A stretch of DNA of 63,062 nucleotides, the filler included. It is 15 parts of 15 records of this genome, joined end to end, with 100 filler letters (N's around TTAATTAATTAA, not from the genome) between each part and the next. Parts side by side here need not be neighbours in the genome. Positions count along the whole stretch, not along the records: positions 23,214 to 26,212 come from SRR9670534_1027; positions 26,313 to 28,844 come from SRR9670534_1037; positions 28,945 to 35,098 come from SRR9670534_1040; positions 35,199 to 39,502 come from SRR9670534_1046; 11 more parts are not named here. The stretch is one strand, 5' to 3'. Below are positions 23,508 through 35,224 of this stretch, in pieces. Every line of letters starts with the position of its first letter. Position 1 is the stretch's first letter. The notes below the pieces were generated by a model. It was given only the letters and a program-made list of their open reading frames with translations, searched no databases and had not been told where the DNA came from. A program made the position numbers and the translations under genes.

Positions 23508-25290
23508 GTTGTCAAGGTTAGACCTAGAGATGCAGATGCCAAAGGAAAATACGATGAATGCTCTAAAATAGTCAGACGAATTGCTTTTGAAAAGGCAATT
23601 GCAAGTGAAGAGGATAAATCTCCTTTTGATGAGATAAACTTTGCCAGCATGAGTATGCAATCCATATTGTTTAGTTTTTGTTTGTGATTTGAATGTGATT
23701 TCCATTATATTAAACTGTGTTTTAATTTATAATAATCAGGATAGTTAATTAGTATTAATTACTCAACTACATAACTAAGAATTAATAATTATCCTCGTAA
23801 AAAGTGAAGCAAACCCAAAAGATATCCTATACTTATGAGTATTCATAGACATAATAAGGGAGTACCCTTATTATGTCTATGTGAGTATTCGTACTGACAT
23901 CTATTAGCATGTTGTAGCTATTGAAGATGAATATGAAGGCCCAAAATTGCTAAATGATGCTGATGTCACTGTTAATTTCATGGATGAGTTACTCAATCTC
24001 TTTCGTGATGAAAAAAAGTTACACAAAAAATATGCTTATGTGGTATTCATATTATTAATATCTGCTGTTCAAACTAAAATTAGAATAGCTTTAATTGAAC
24101 ATGATTTTTTTTGTAGATTTTGAAACAAATAAAGGAACTTTTTGCTAAGGAACCCACCGTTGTAGATGTAAAGTTAACTGAAGAGGAGAAACTAACTGTT
24201 TGCGGTGATATTCATGGACAGTTTTATGATTTATTAAATATATTTAAGATGAATGGAAAACCTAGTGAATCGAATCCTTATGTATGTATTTGGTAAACAA
24301 GTACAAAAGTGTGATAAATTAGTATACTTAAATATTCATATATTGTACATTTAGTTATTTAATGGAGATTTTGTTGATCGTGGTTCCTTTTCAGTAGAAT
24401 GTATTTTCACACTTTTTGGTTACAAACTGCTTTATCCAAAACATTTCTACCTTGCTCGAGGAAATCATGAAAGCATAACAATGAATCAAATGTATGGTTT
24501 CGAAGGAGAAGTGAAAGCCAAATATTCTCCCAACATGTTTAAAATGTTTACGGAAATCTTTAATTGGTTGCCGTTGGTTCATCTTGTTAATAGTAGTGTT
24601 TTTATTACCCATGGTGGTTTATTTGAAACTGATGGTACAACATTAGCTGATATTCGAAAGATTGATCGAAATCAGCAACCACCGGACACTGGTCCGATGT
24701 GTTGTCTTCTTTGGTCTGACCCCAATGCTTTACCTGGTAGAACAGCTAGTAAAAGGGGTGTTGGAGTTCAGTTTGGTCCTGATGTTACTAAGAGATTCTG
24801 CGAAAAGAACAATCTATCTCTAATTATGCGTAGCCATGAAGTTAAGGATGAGGGCTACGAAGTCATGCATGAGGGTCGTTGTGTCACTGTGTTTTCCGCT
24901 CCGAATTATTGGTAACAATAAATTTACTTATACTTGTAATCATTTCACAGAGAGTGGAGCCATCTTGTTTTTTCAACCAATCACTGCTAAGAGTTGTCAT
25001 CAGTACGTTTTGATTGGTTGTGCAAACAAGATGGCGGTCGTCAAAGCAGTCGATTTGATGTAGGATTTTTTAGTGACCAAATGGGAAATAAAGGAGCTTA
25101 TGCAACTATTAAAGGCAAAGATCTTTCCGTTTCTTATGTTCAGTATGCTGCTGTGGTATGTAGAAATTTTACCGTTATGAAAGTTTTTAGTACTTTGTAA
25201 GAAAAGTTCATAATTGTTGATATTTTTGTTTAGCCCCATCCCAATGTTCGTGCAATGAGTTATGCAAATCCATTGATGAACATGTTTTAA
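23508..25290 (+). CDS. PPP5C: Serine/threonine protein phosphatase 5, 3' part (end of TPR region plus catalytic domain)
   Basis: Exons 23508-23652, 23918-24042, 24117-24281, 24355-24911, 25074-25155, 25234-25290. Motifs [50 protein letters not shown]. Confidence 0.97.
23836..23889. mobile_element. 38-bp micro-MITE with 17-bp TIRs and 8-bp TSD (hAT-like)
   Basis: TGAGTATT | CATAGACATAATAAGGG-AGTA-CCCTTATTATGTCTATG | TGAGTATT; element spans 23844-23881 in a PPP5C intron. Confidence 0.85.
24959..25037. repeat. Intronic inverted repeat with CCAAT and YY1-like motifs on both arms
   Basis: GCCATCTTGTTT-ttt-CAACCAATCA ... TGATTGGTTG-tgc-AAACAAGATGGC(GG). Confidence 0.8.
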
Positions 25291-25526
25291 AGAACGAAGA
25301 AAAGATGGATTTTCGTTTATTTAATGTTACCTTCGTTTGTTATTAATAGTAAGGAAATGCTAAATATTTTTCCTACTTTTGTGTTAAATTTTTTCAATGA
25401 GGTTTTGATAAGATTGAGAAAGCAAACCATTGGTTATTGTAGTAATAAATGTAGGCACTATTGGTTCCAACTTTTTTAGAATTCCTGACATTTGTTGTTG
25501 CCAAGAGATCTAAATCACCGACAAAG

Positions 25527-26208
25527 ATGACTTTTCGACAAAAAGTAGCATGGATAATGGTTTTAATATACCTTGGAGGATCTTGTTTCATAGCGTATTA
25601 CATGTTTGAAATTTCTGACCAGTTTAACAGTTTTGCCCTTCACCATGCTCAACATGAACATCACCATGTGTTATCCGATAGAGTTTTTGATCATCTCGTG
25701 GACATTCCTTTATATTGGTGGTTTCTATTAGGTGCGTCGTTACATAGATTCTATGTTGGATTTAAAGAAAGTTTTTTTTTAACTTTTAATTAAAAATTTT
25801 ATTTAAATTTTTATTTTTGAACTTTTATTTAAAAGCTATAGAAATTAAACTAAAAAAGTGAAGTTACGCAAAGTATTTTTTATTTTAGGCATTGTTCCAT
25901 ACGTATATATTTTTTGCATTCTCTTGGCCTTTACGAAATCAGAGCCGCATAAAACAGTTTATTTATTATGGCCTGTAATCCTTTACCTTAAAATTGCAAA
26001 TCTATTTGGGGCGAAGAAGAAGTATTTTTGTCCTGATCTCGAGGATGCAGGGTTACATTCACCATCCCATGTTTCCAATGGCACGTATAACAAGAACAGT
26101 AGTAGTCCCTCTCGAACATCTGATTCCGCATTATCTGCTAATCATCATGAAAAGAGATCACTTTCTAATAAGGATGTATACTATTCTGTAACAGATAAAC
26201 GATCCTAA
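25527..26208 (+). CDS. TMEM251: Lysosomal enzyme trafficking factor TMEM251/LYSET
   Basis: Exons 25527-25731 and 25889-26208. MTFRQKVAW...YL......YYMFEIS..N.FAL.H and IPLYWW....VPY...F.....TKSEP align with the LYSET pattern (MNFRQRMGW, YYVFEIS, VPYLQ..CTRADP). Confidence 0.92.
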
Positions 26209-26312
26209 TTGTNNNNNNNNNNNNNNNNNNNNNNNNNNNNNNNNNNNNNNNNNNNNTTAATTAATTAANNNNNNNNNNNNNNNNNNNNNNNNNNNNNNNN
26301 NNNNNNNNNNNN

Positions 26313-27960
26313 ATTAATAAAGAGCATTTAATTTGGCATTCAGAGCAAAATCTCCATTGGAGGTCCTCAAGCCTAGTACCTATCCACACTTGGTAGCAGA
26401 GGGTGGTTTTATTAATAAAAACTTTGATAATAATTCTATTAACTTAGATGAAAATGATAATAAGATTGAAGAAGACATAATTGAAGAAGATAATAGTCCT
26501 TGAATTTGCCATATTCCTGTAGATAATGCTTGTAACAATAAAGAATTTAAATTATTATTGGATGGCAAAAATGTATATTTATTGGTTAACATATCAGCAG
26601 AAAGAGCCTTATTAGTAGATGCTGCTCAATATTTAGAAAAGTATCTTCTAATGGAATATAAGATCCAACCTTCAAATGTTAGACTAATCTGAAATTTCTA
26701 GTTAGTAATTTCTGCAATCAATCATTAAATTTCAAAATATGAGTGAAGTAGAAATTCTACTGTAGAATTGCCTGTTAGTATTAGTGGACATGATTCAGTA
26801 TTATATTGGCACCCTTTCATTATTGTATTAGGACTACCATAATGGCAGCCTTTCATTATTGTATCAGAATTACCTGAAGATGGATTTATATATAGTGACT
26901 TTCTTGAAAAATTAGAGTGTGCAGAATAAAGAAAAAGAAAACAAAACTTGGTAATAACATCAATATTGTAAAGAAAAATAATAATGATAATACTGAGAAT
27001 AATAATTCACTTATCTGTTAATAAGATGCTGGCCCAAATGGAGCCAGAAAGAAAGAAGCATCTACTAAATCTAGTTTAGGGAACTATAAAACTGAAGATG
27101 CTTTTTATATTCCTCACAAATTAGGGTAAACTTTTTCTATGATTTAAATCTAGCTTATTCATTTTTAGATAATAACATGTTTGTTAAAAATAAGAAGCAA
27201 ATGACTGAATTAGCTAATAAAGCACAAATTCAAACAATAGGTAAACACAATTCCCACGATAAAGTAGAAGAATCAACAACAAATGAACAGAAGATAAAAA
27301 TAGCAGCTAAAGATTGAATAGAAAATAGAATAGAATTGGAAAAAGAGGTTGCTATTAACTTAATGTTGAATATGACAGAAATTATTGCATATTCTATCAA
27401 AGCCTATAGAAAGCAAATAAAGGAGCAAAACACAGTATTAGTTGATAGCACCAAGTATGGTACTTTTCCTATTGAACCAGAAGAAAAGTATGCAAATTAT
27501 ATTTAGAATGTAGAACAGAATAAAGTGGTACCAAACTGTAAACTTTACAGTGTAAAGTAGAAAGTGCAAATTTACAAAAGCATTCTGAAAATTTTTCAAA
27601 CTATTCTGCACATACTTTGAATTTGAAACATTCTAATAGGCATAGATTTATTAATTAAAATTTTGATAAAAAGTATCCATGTGATTTATTAAATGAAAGC
27701 TCACATAATGGAAAAGTGGATTATAAAATCCAGAATAAGCAAAAATACTTTAACGAAATGTCACAAGCAGCAAGAAATGTTTATAAATTGGAAAATTTGG
27801 TATATGCCATTAAAAGATATATAAAATCAATGAAACAATAAAGTTCAACCTTGAATAATGGTCCTAAATATGGATTATTTTATATAAAACTAGGTAAAAA
27901 CAATGAAAATACATAAGATAAAAGATGGAAAAAATGGCTTACCTAATGGCATTGCTTGAA
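26313..27960 (+). pseudogene. Decayed, apparently intronless ORF of unknown family (possible transposon or viral relic)
   Basis: Purine-rich, protein-like reading (RAFNLAFRAKSPLEVLKP..., ELEKEVAINLMLNMTEIIAYSIKAYRKQ..., KKYPCDLLNESSHNGKVDYKIQNKQKYF...) broken by many stops and frameshifts; internal 36-nt tandem duplication near 26807-26875. Confidence 0.55.
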
Positions 27961-29892
27961 GCAGAAAAAAGAAAATTTGTAAAAGTAATCAAAGGATTTT
28001 TTTAATAGCTTTACACAAAATATTAAGTTAAAAAATTTTGAAAACTAGATATTACTAGATTGTATCTAATTGTACTTATGATTATAATATTATATCTTAT
28101 AGGTACATTATCGATAATATCTTAATTAATTATAATACATGGTAATCTACATAATATATTTAATGTCTATATGCCCACATTCCATGCCCTTCTTTATAGC
28201 TTGCATTTCACTATAATCACATTGAGAATTTATGACATATTGTGACATCATGCATACCATACTATATAAAGACTGCAAGTTAGGGACACATGCCATAGTT
28301 TTGTCATTTATTATCTATATTCTGTTATCCAGCTGGCTGTTAAATAACTGAAGCCATCTTCTTTGTAGGTATTAGATTGAACTTCTGGAAGTTCTGCTTT
28401 TTCCAAGAATTAAATCAGTAATTTTATTGTTTCAATTGTTCTTGCTGTTGACTTATCAATGCATTTTTTTAGATATTGAAACAATATTCATGTAGAAGTT
28501 TTTATTTCAAGAATTAAAATAGTAAAGTTCTAAAATATTTTAAAATATTCCTAGTTTAAATGATGATTGCTAAACTCTTGTAGACAATTGCCAACAATTC
28601 TCCACATGTCTCCTCTTGAACATGGCATCCTGAAACCCTAAGATTTAATAATATATCAAAACCATACCATAAATGGTCTTTGTCATTTTTTTATTTTCAA
28701 AAATGCTGCCAGCATTTCATATGCATACTTTATACCTATGTTAAGATTTTAAAATAATATATACATAAAATTTGTATTATTATTTGTAGATAGTTACTTA
28801 TATTAGGCATCAAGGAAGGTAGTGTAAAGTTGGCCCCCCCATGGNNNNNNNNNNNNNNNNNNNNNNNNNNNNNNNNNNNNNNNNNNNNTTAATTAATTAA
28901 NNNNNNNNNNNNNNNNNNNNNNNNNNNNNNNNNNNNNNNNNNNNTATTTTTAGTTATATTATAAATAAGTTTAATCATTAGATTTGACCAATTTTTTCTG
29001 CTTACTATTAAAATATATATATAAAATTTTTTCAGCAATGCTATTTTTGAAAGTAAAAAAATTATTTAGGTAATTAATTTCAATAATATATCTAAAATTT
29101 TAATATTTTAACTATATTTTAAATTATTATTCATTAATATATGTTTATTTTATCTTTATTATGATTAATATTTTGAAATAATTTTACTTTTATATATTTA
29201 TTGACTATAATGAGGATTTACTGTAACTACATATTATTAACAATAAAACAAACTATATTTTCTTATTTGTATTATTAAAAATTAATATAGATTTTTATAA
29301 TATAAAAGGCTGTTATTCAAAATCATAAAACAATAAAATTTTTAATAAAAATGTTAAAAGAAAAAAAAAGTTTATCTTTATTAATGTTTTTGTAAAATAA
29401 ACATTTTTAGAGTAGTAATATTATGTTACTTACAACTGCATTAGTGTAACTTTTGTATATAAATTATTTAATATAACATATTTAATTCTATTGTACCCTA
29501 GAACTGTGCTGATAACCATAGGAATTGCAAAATTACAAAATGCAAATTTGTTACAAGTAGAGAGCAGTTAGGTATTAGTTATTAACTAGGTATATCTATC
29601 CTATATATATTATTGATTTTTGTTGTTTTTGTCTTTTTCCCTTATTAAGTACCCATTTTATTATATGTATGTATGTACATAACATTGTAAAAGTGTCAAT
29701 AAAATTCAAATACTGGTACCTTAGGTATGCATTTGTATTTGCAAGGGATTGCACCAATACTGTTTTAAGCGTTAGTTGACTGTACATATACAGTATGTAG
29801 AAAGTTTATGTACACTTTTTTAACACTTTGTAATGTTGTATGTAATGTAATTGCGGCAATTACCTACATACATAACATACATACTGTACCTA

Positions 29893-29940
29893 CCGTACGA
29901 CGTACGGTCCGGTATTTTGTGTTTTACCAGAAGATGGCGG
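29893..29940 (+). promoter_or_regulatory. Candidate DDB1 promoter: CG-rich palindrome and YY1-type motif
   Basis: CCGTACGACGTACGG at 29893-29907 and AAGATGGCGG at 29931-29940, about 200 nt upstream of the ATG. Confidence 0.45.
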
Positions 29941-30135
29941 TTGTTCTTACCTTAATAGAGTAGTAATGTTGAACATGAAAGACATTTGATGCATTTTCCG
30001 CCGCGGCATTGTAAGCACATGTAATGAAATGTGTGTTGTTTGATTTGTTTTTGATATTTTGAATCCATTAGGTGTCCATTTTAATAAGAATTAGTTAAAC
30101 TTTAGTTTCTATTCTGTCCGTAACTCTTATTAAGG

Positions 30136-33100
30136 ATGGCAAATAATTATGTTGTATCAATTCATCCTCCTACTGCAACAACAGATTCTTGCGTCTGCAA
30201 TTTCGTCTCGGAAAGTGACCTAAATTTAATTGTTGCAAAATCTCGCATTTTGGAAGTTTATCAAGCTGTTGCGGAAGGGTTGAGACTGGTTAAAAGATGT
30301 ACGTTGTTTGGAAGAATTGCTGCGATGAAACCTTTTCGTTACAGAAATGAAAGTACGAGTTTGCTAAGTACCTACCTGCCTACCTAATAATAATTATGAT
30401 CACAAATGCTTGTTATTAGTAATATTAGGTAAGTAAAGCATAATTAACATACCTATTGCGAAGGTATATTGCACGTATGTTATTATCATGCGGTTATGTG
30501 TACATAATATGTACCTTGGGTACAGTACGTACTACGATTTTACGGTACTATGTACAGTACTTAGATATATGGGTCCCTTCAAGGTGGTGGGTTACATATT
30601 AAAATTCGCACCTACCTATTATTATAGGTACACAGTGTACCGTACACTATTGATACATATACCTTATAATAATACATGTATTAGTACATAGTCTATTATG
30701 GTACACAAGCATGCGGCATGCCTATATATTGCTACGTATAAGTATGTACATACCTACCTATGTAAGAACTCTGTCTGCAGTCATATGTAGAATATGTATT
30801 ACAATACATATCATTATTAATAATACATAATAAATTAACACTGAAGTAGTATTACTAATGCATACTACATCAATTGTTATTACCTACCTAATTGGTAACT
30901 GATAATAGATTATACAGTATATGCTTGGTTATACAATACGTAGCAGATATACACCAGTTAGGTATTATTAGCGCTGCTACTATTATTAATTTATTATTAA
31001 TAAATTAATTAGAATAGAACATGTATACGACTGTATTTAATTTTTAGATAAGGATTGTTTATTTATTATTACGTCTCGGTATGACGTGATAATGTTCGAA
31101 ACAGTTGTTGATTCGGCAACGGGTGTAGTTGATATAATCACTAGATGTTCTGGAAATGTTGCAGATAAAACAGGTTACATAGTATGTATTACATATTGTA
31201 ATGATCATATCCTATTACCCAGTATACTTATTAAGTATTACTTATCTATTGTAGTATAGTAATAATAAAAATATTCCAATTATTAATTACATATATGTAC
31301 TATAGTACATAATATTAATGAAGTATGTTTTCATTAATAATCACGACTTATCTTTTATTACGTGCATGTTCTACCCTTTGTAGTACAAAGTTTGTACCTT
31401 TTAGTACGTTCAATTTTAGGTCGTCCGGCAATGTGTGGCATAATTGCTATGATTGATCAAGAACATAGACTGATCGGATTAAAATTGTATGAGGGAATTT
31501 TGAAGTTCATACCAATGGATTCAAATGGGAGAGAGCTGAAAGCATTTAGTTTAAGGTATACAGTGTTTTGTATTTATACCCAGAGAGTATACTCTGAGTC
31601 TCAGAGTCTGAGAGTATTATTACTTATAATACTTTAGCATGTCATAATAGGTACTTATAATACTTATAATGCCATAATACTTATTATACTTATTACCCTG
31701 TGATTTATACCCTTTTAATTATTGGAATATTATTATATGAGTACGTAAATTTACTGAAGATTTAGTATTCCAAAATTAATCTATTATTAACTTATAATAA
31801 CATTATTTAATACTAATAATTAGTTATGATTTCTGAATATTATTACAGTATAATGAAGTATTTATTAATAATTATTATATATTATTACTAATAATTTATA
31901 ATTATTATTACACAGTAATTTTGCACAAACGGCAAATGTTTAGACAGGAAGAAATGCACATTATTGATATTAATTTTATGAAATATGGTAATGATGGGAG
32001 ACCTACATTGATGGTTTTACACAGAGACACCGATTCAAGAAACGTGAAGTCCTACCATGTTAATGTTGCTGAGAAGGATTTGGAAGAAGGTAAACTTTTT
32101 GGTCATAATAAAACTGTAGGGTCGTTTTGAAAACGACGTTTTCTAGGAAACTGGAAATTAGACAATGTTGATGCTGTTGCTACCAAAATGATACCGGTGC
32201 CTGCGCCACATGGGGGCGTCATAATTCTGGGCAGGGATAGTATAACATATCACAGTGGAGCTACAAACCAATCAACATGCATAACATCAAGTCTTTATAA
32301 GGAACTTAGCGTCACCTGTTTCGGGCAAATTGACCAGTCTCGATGGACTTTGGCTGATAATCATGGTAGATTATTCCTACTTATATTATCAGAATCGGAT
32401 GGAAAAGTACAATTAAATTTGGAATGGCTTGGTGAAACATGCATTGCTGCATGTATTAGTTATTTGGATAATGGTGTACTTTACATTGGTTCCAGGATGG
32501 GTGACAGTATGCTGATTAAACTTAGGGCAGAAGCTAACAACAGCACCACAGCCTTCCTTGATGTTCTTGATACCTACTCTAATTTGGGTCCTATTTGTGA
32601 TATGACTGTCGTTGACTTGGACAAACAGGGACAAAGTCAAATTATTACTTGTTCAGGATATGGCAAAGATGGATCGTTGAGAGTTATTCGAAACGGAATA
32701 GGAATACAGGAAAAGGCTAGTATTGATCTCAGTGTTATCAAGGGACTTTTTTCGTTAAAAGTGAAAGAGTGCTGTGATCAAAATGAATTTTCGAACATGT
32801 TGCTAGTGGCTCAAGTAGGCTGCAGTAGAGTTTTAACACTGCAGCATGATGAAATTGAGGAAGAGCAGAATATGCTTTGTTTTGATACAGAACAAACTAC
32901 CTTTCTGGCGAAGAATGTATCTTATGGTCAAATCATTCAAATACTGGCTACAGGCATTAGACTAATTAATGCCAGAGATTGTGTCTTGATAGAAGAATGG
33001 AAGCCTGCAAACTCTGCCAAAAACATAAGTGTTTATGCTGCAAACGAATGCCAAATTGTTGTAGCGACGGGATCTACGTTATATTATATTGAAATAGGTA

Positions 33101-35042
33101 ATTGTAATTTTACGTTGTTACCTACGTCCATTGTCGGTTGCTGTAATTATGGTCAACGTACAGTGCGCTAGTTTTAGTTGCTATGCAATTTACTGTATGT
33201 AGTGTACAATTAATAATTACTTATAAGTACAGTGCACACACGTCGCACCGTTTGTAATTATACAATATACTACATTATACATACAGTTACTTATAAGTAC
33301 AGTGTACACACGTCGCAGCATTTGTAATTAGGTATACAATATACTACATTATACATGCAGTTGCACTGTAACGTATTGTATAATTAGTATATTGTATAAT
33401 TACAGACGGTGCGACCAGTGTACACTGTACTTATAAGTAATTATTACACACTGTTACTGTTACACACAACATTAGTGTAATCACAAGCTGTTAACATAAA
33501 TGCGTTGAACATAACCTAGTATTAAGGTATATACTACGTAAGTACAGTACAGTATGTTGCTATTAATAATAACATTAGGACAAGTAGTACGTACCTTACA
33601 CGTGATGAAAACAATTTTAATTATGTAAGTGTACGTGTTATGTTAAGCTAATAATGGCATATTTACGCACAGATTTCAGTACAGAATAGAATATGATATT
33701 CTGAATATCTACGTCAATTTTACTGTAAAATTTTTACATTTGTACAGGTGTACATCACACGTTTTATCAGTTTAATGAAATACAGTAATACTGTAACAGT
33801 ATACATGAAAGTTACTTGATCAAGATGATTTTTAGAAGAAGGTCATCTTAATTTGATTAGTAAAGAAGAAATGGCAGATGAAGTTGCTTGTTTGGATGTC
33901 ACCCCTGTTATTTGCGATGAATCTGGAAAAAAATCTCATATTGTTGCAATTGGTTTTTGGACAGACATTCGGTTTTCCTTGTTACATTTACCAGGTGGAT
34001 GTTTCTTCTAGTATTATTTTTACAGCAATTAATTACAGCTATAAATTAACTTCAGTACTCCCTATGTACCATTTTCTGATTTAGAAATGAATAAAAAAGT
34101 GGTGGAAGAACAAATTGAAGGTGATATAATTCCTCGGTCAATAATGATGGCAAATTTTGAAGGAATTTATTATCTTTTGGTAACCTTGGGTGATGGAACT
34201 TTGCTCTATTTTGTAATGGACCAGAAGAAAGGGACCGTTTCCAACAGAAAGAAAATCAGTTTAGGAATTCAGCCCACATACCTCAATCTATTAAAACCAA
34301 ACACCATTTTTGCTTGTTCAGACAGACCTGCAGTCATATTCTCTTCGAACCAAAAGCTAATGTTCTCCAATGTAAATCTTAAAGAAGTAATTTCTGTTTG
34401 TTACTTGAACTCAGAAGGGTATCCCGATTGTCTGGCACTTTGTGATGCTACGAATCTTATGTTTGGAAAAATGGATGAAATCCAAAAACTGCATATTCGA
34501 ACTGTAGAATTGTTTGAAACACCCAGAAGAATAGTCCACCATGAACACTCTGAAACGTTTGGTGTTATGTCAATACGCCATGACATTTGGAATTCGGATG
34601 AGAATACCTTTAAACCATTGAGAAATTCTGCTTCAACGGATGCTGCTGCTCATACTAAATCAGAAAACTCTCAAGATAAAGGCACTTCATCAAGTAAAAG
34701 TGCCATAGCTACTGGTAGTGGTAGTCTAGTACCAGAAACAACGCCTGAAATAGTTGAGGTCGGCAATTTTGTGGTATTTGACCAGCATAGCTTTGAGGTT
34801 TGTCTTGTTAATTATTAATCAATCTTTTATAATTTTATTAATATACTCTTCTGATTTTCGAAGCCTCTACACGCCCATACCTTTGATGATGATGAATTAC
34901 CAAGTTCAATAACAGCTTGCACTTTTAAAACTGATGGAAAATCTGGAACTGAATCAAATTTAGCTAGTTATTACGTTGTTGGTACTGCCATTGTAAGACC
35001 TGAGGAGGAGATGCCATCGCAAGGATATCTTTATGTTTTTAA
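30136..35042 (+). CDS. DDB1: DNA damage-binding protein 1, 5' ~three quarters
   Basis: Exons 30136-30352, 31048-31173, 31420-31555, 31944-32089, 32147-33097, 33836-33994, 34085-34797, 34864-35042. Motifs NYVVSIHPPTA, YLDNGVLYIGSRMGDS, NLGPICDM, CSGYGKDGSLRVIRNGIGI, FACSDRP, DEIQKLHIRTV. Confidence 0.98.
33212..33445. mobile_element. Foldback/MITE with ~60-nt arms and an internally duplicated left arm
   Basis: AATAATTACTTATAAGTACAGTGCACACACGTCGCACCGTTTGTAATTATACAATATACTA pairs with 33385-33445; second left-arm copy at ~33287-33358; in DDB1 intron 5. Confidence 0.8.
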
Positions 35043-35224
35043 GTAATACTGTGCAATTAAGTTAACTCATAATTAATAATTAGTAATTAATTAATAATNN
35101 NNNNNNNNNNNNNNNNNNNNNNNNNNNNNNNNNNNNNNNNNNTTAATTAATTAANNNNNNNNNNNNNNNNNNNNNNNNNNNNNNNNNNNNNNNNNNNNAA
35201 ATTTTAAAATATTTAAATACGTAC

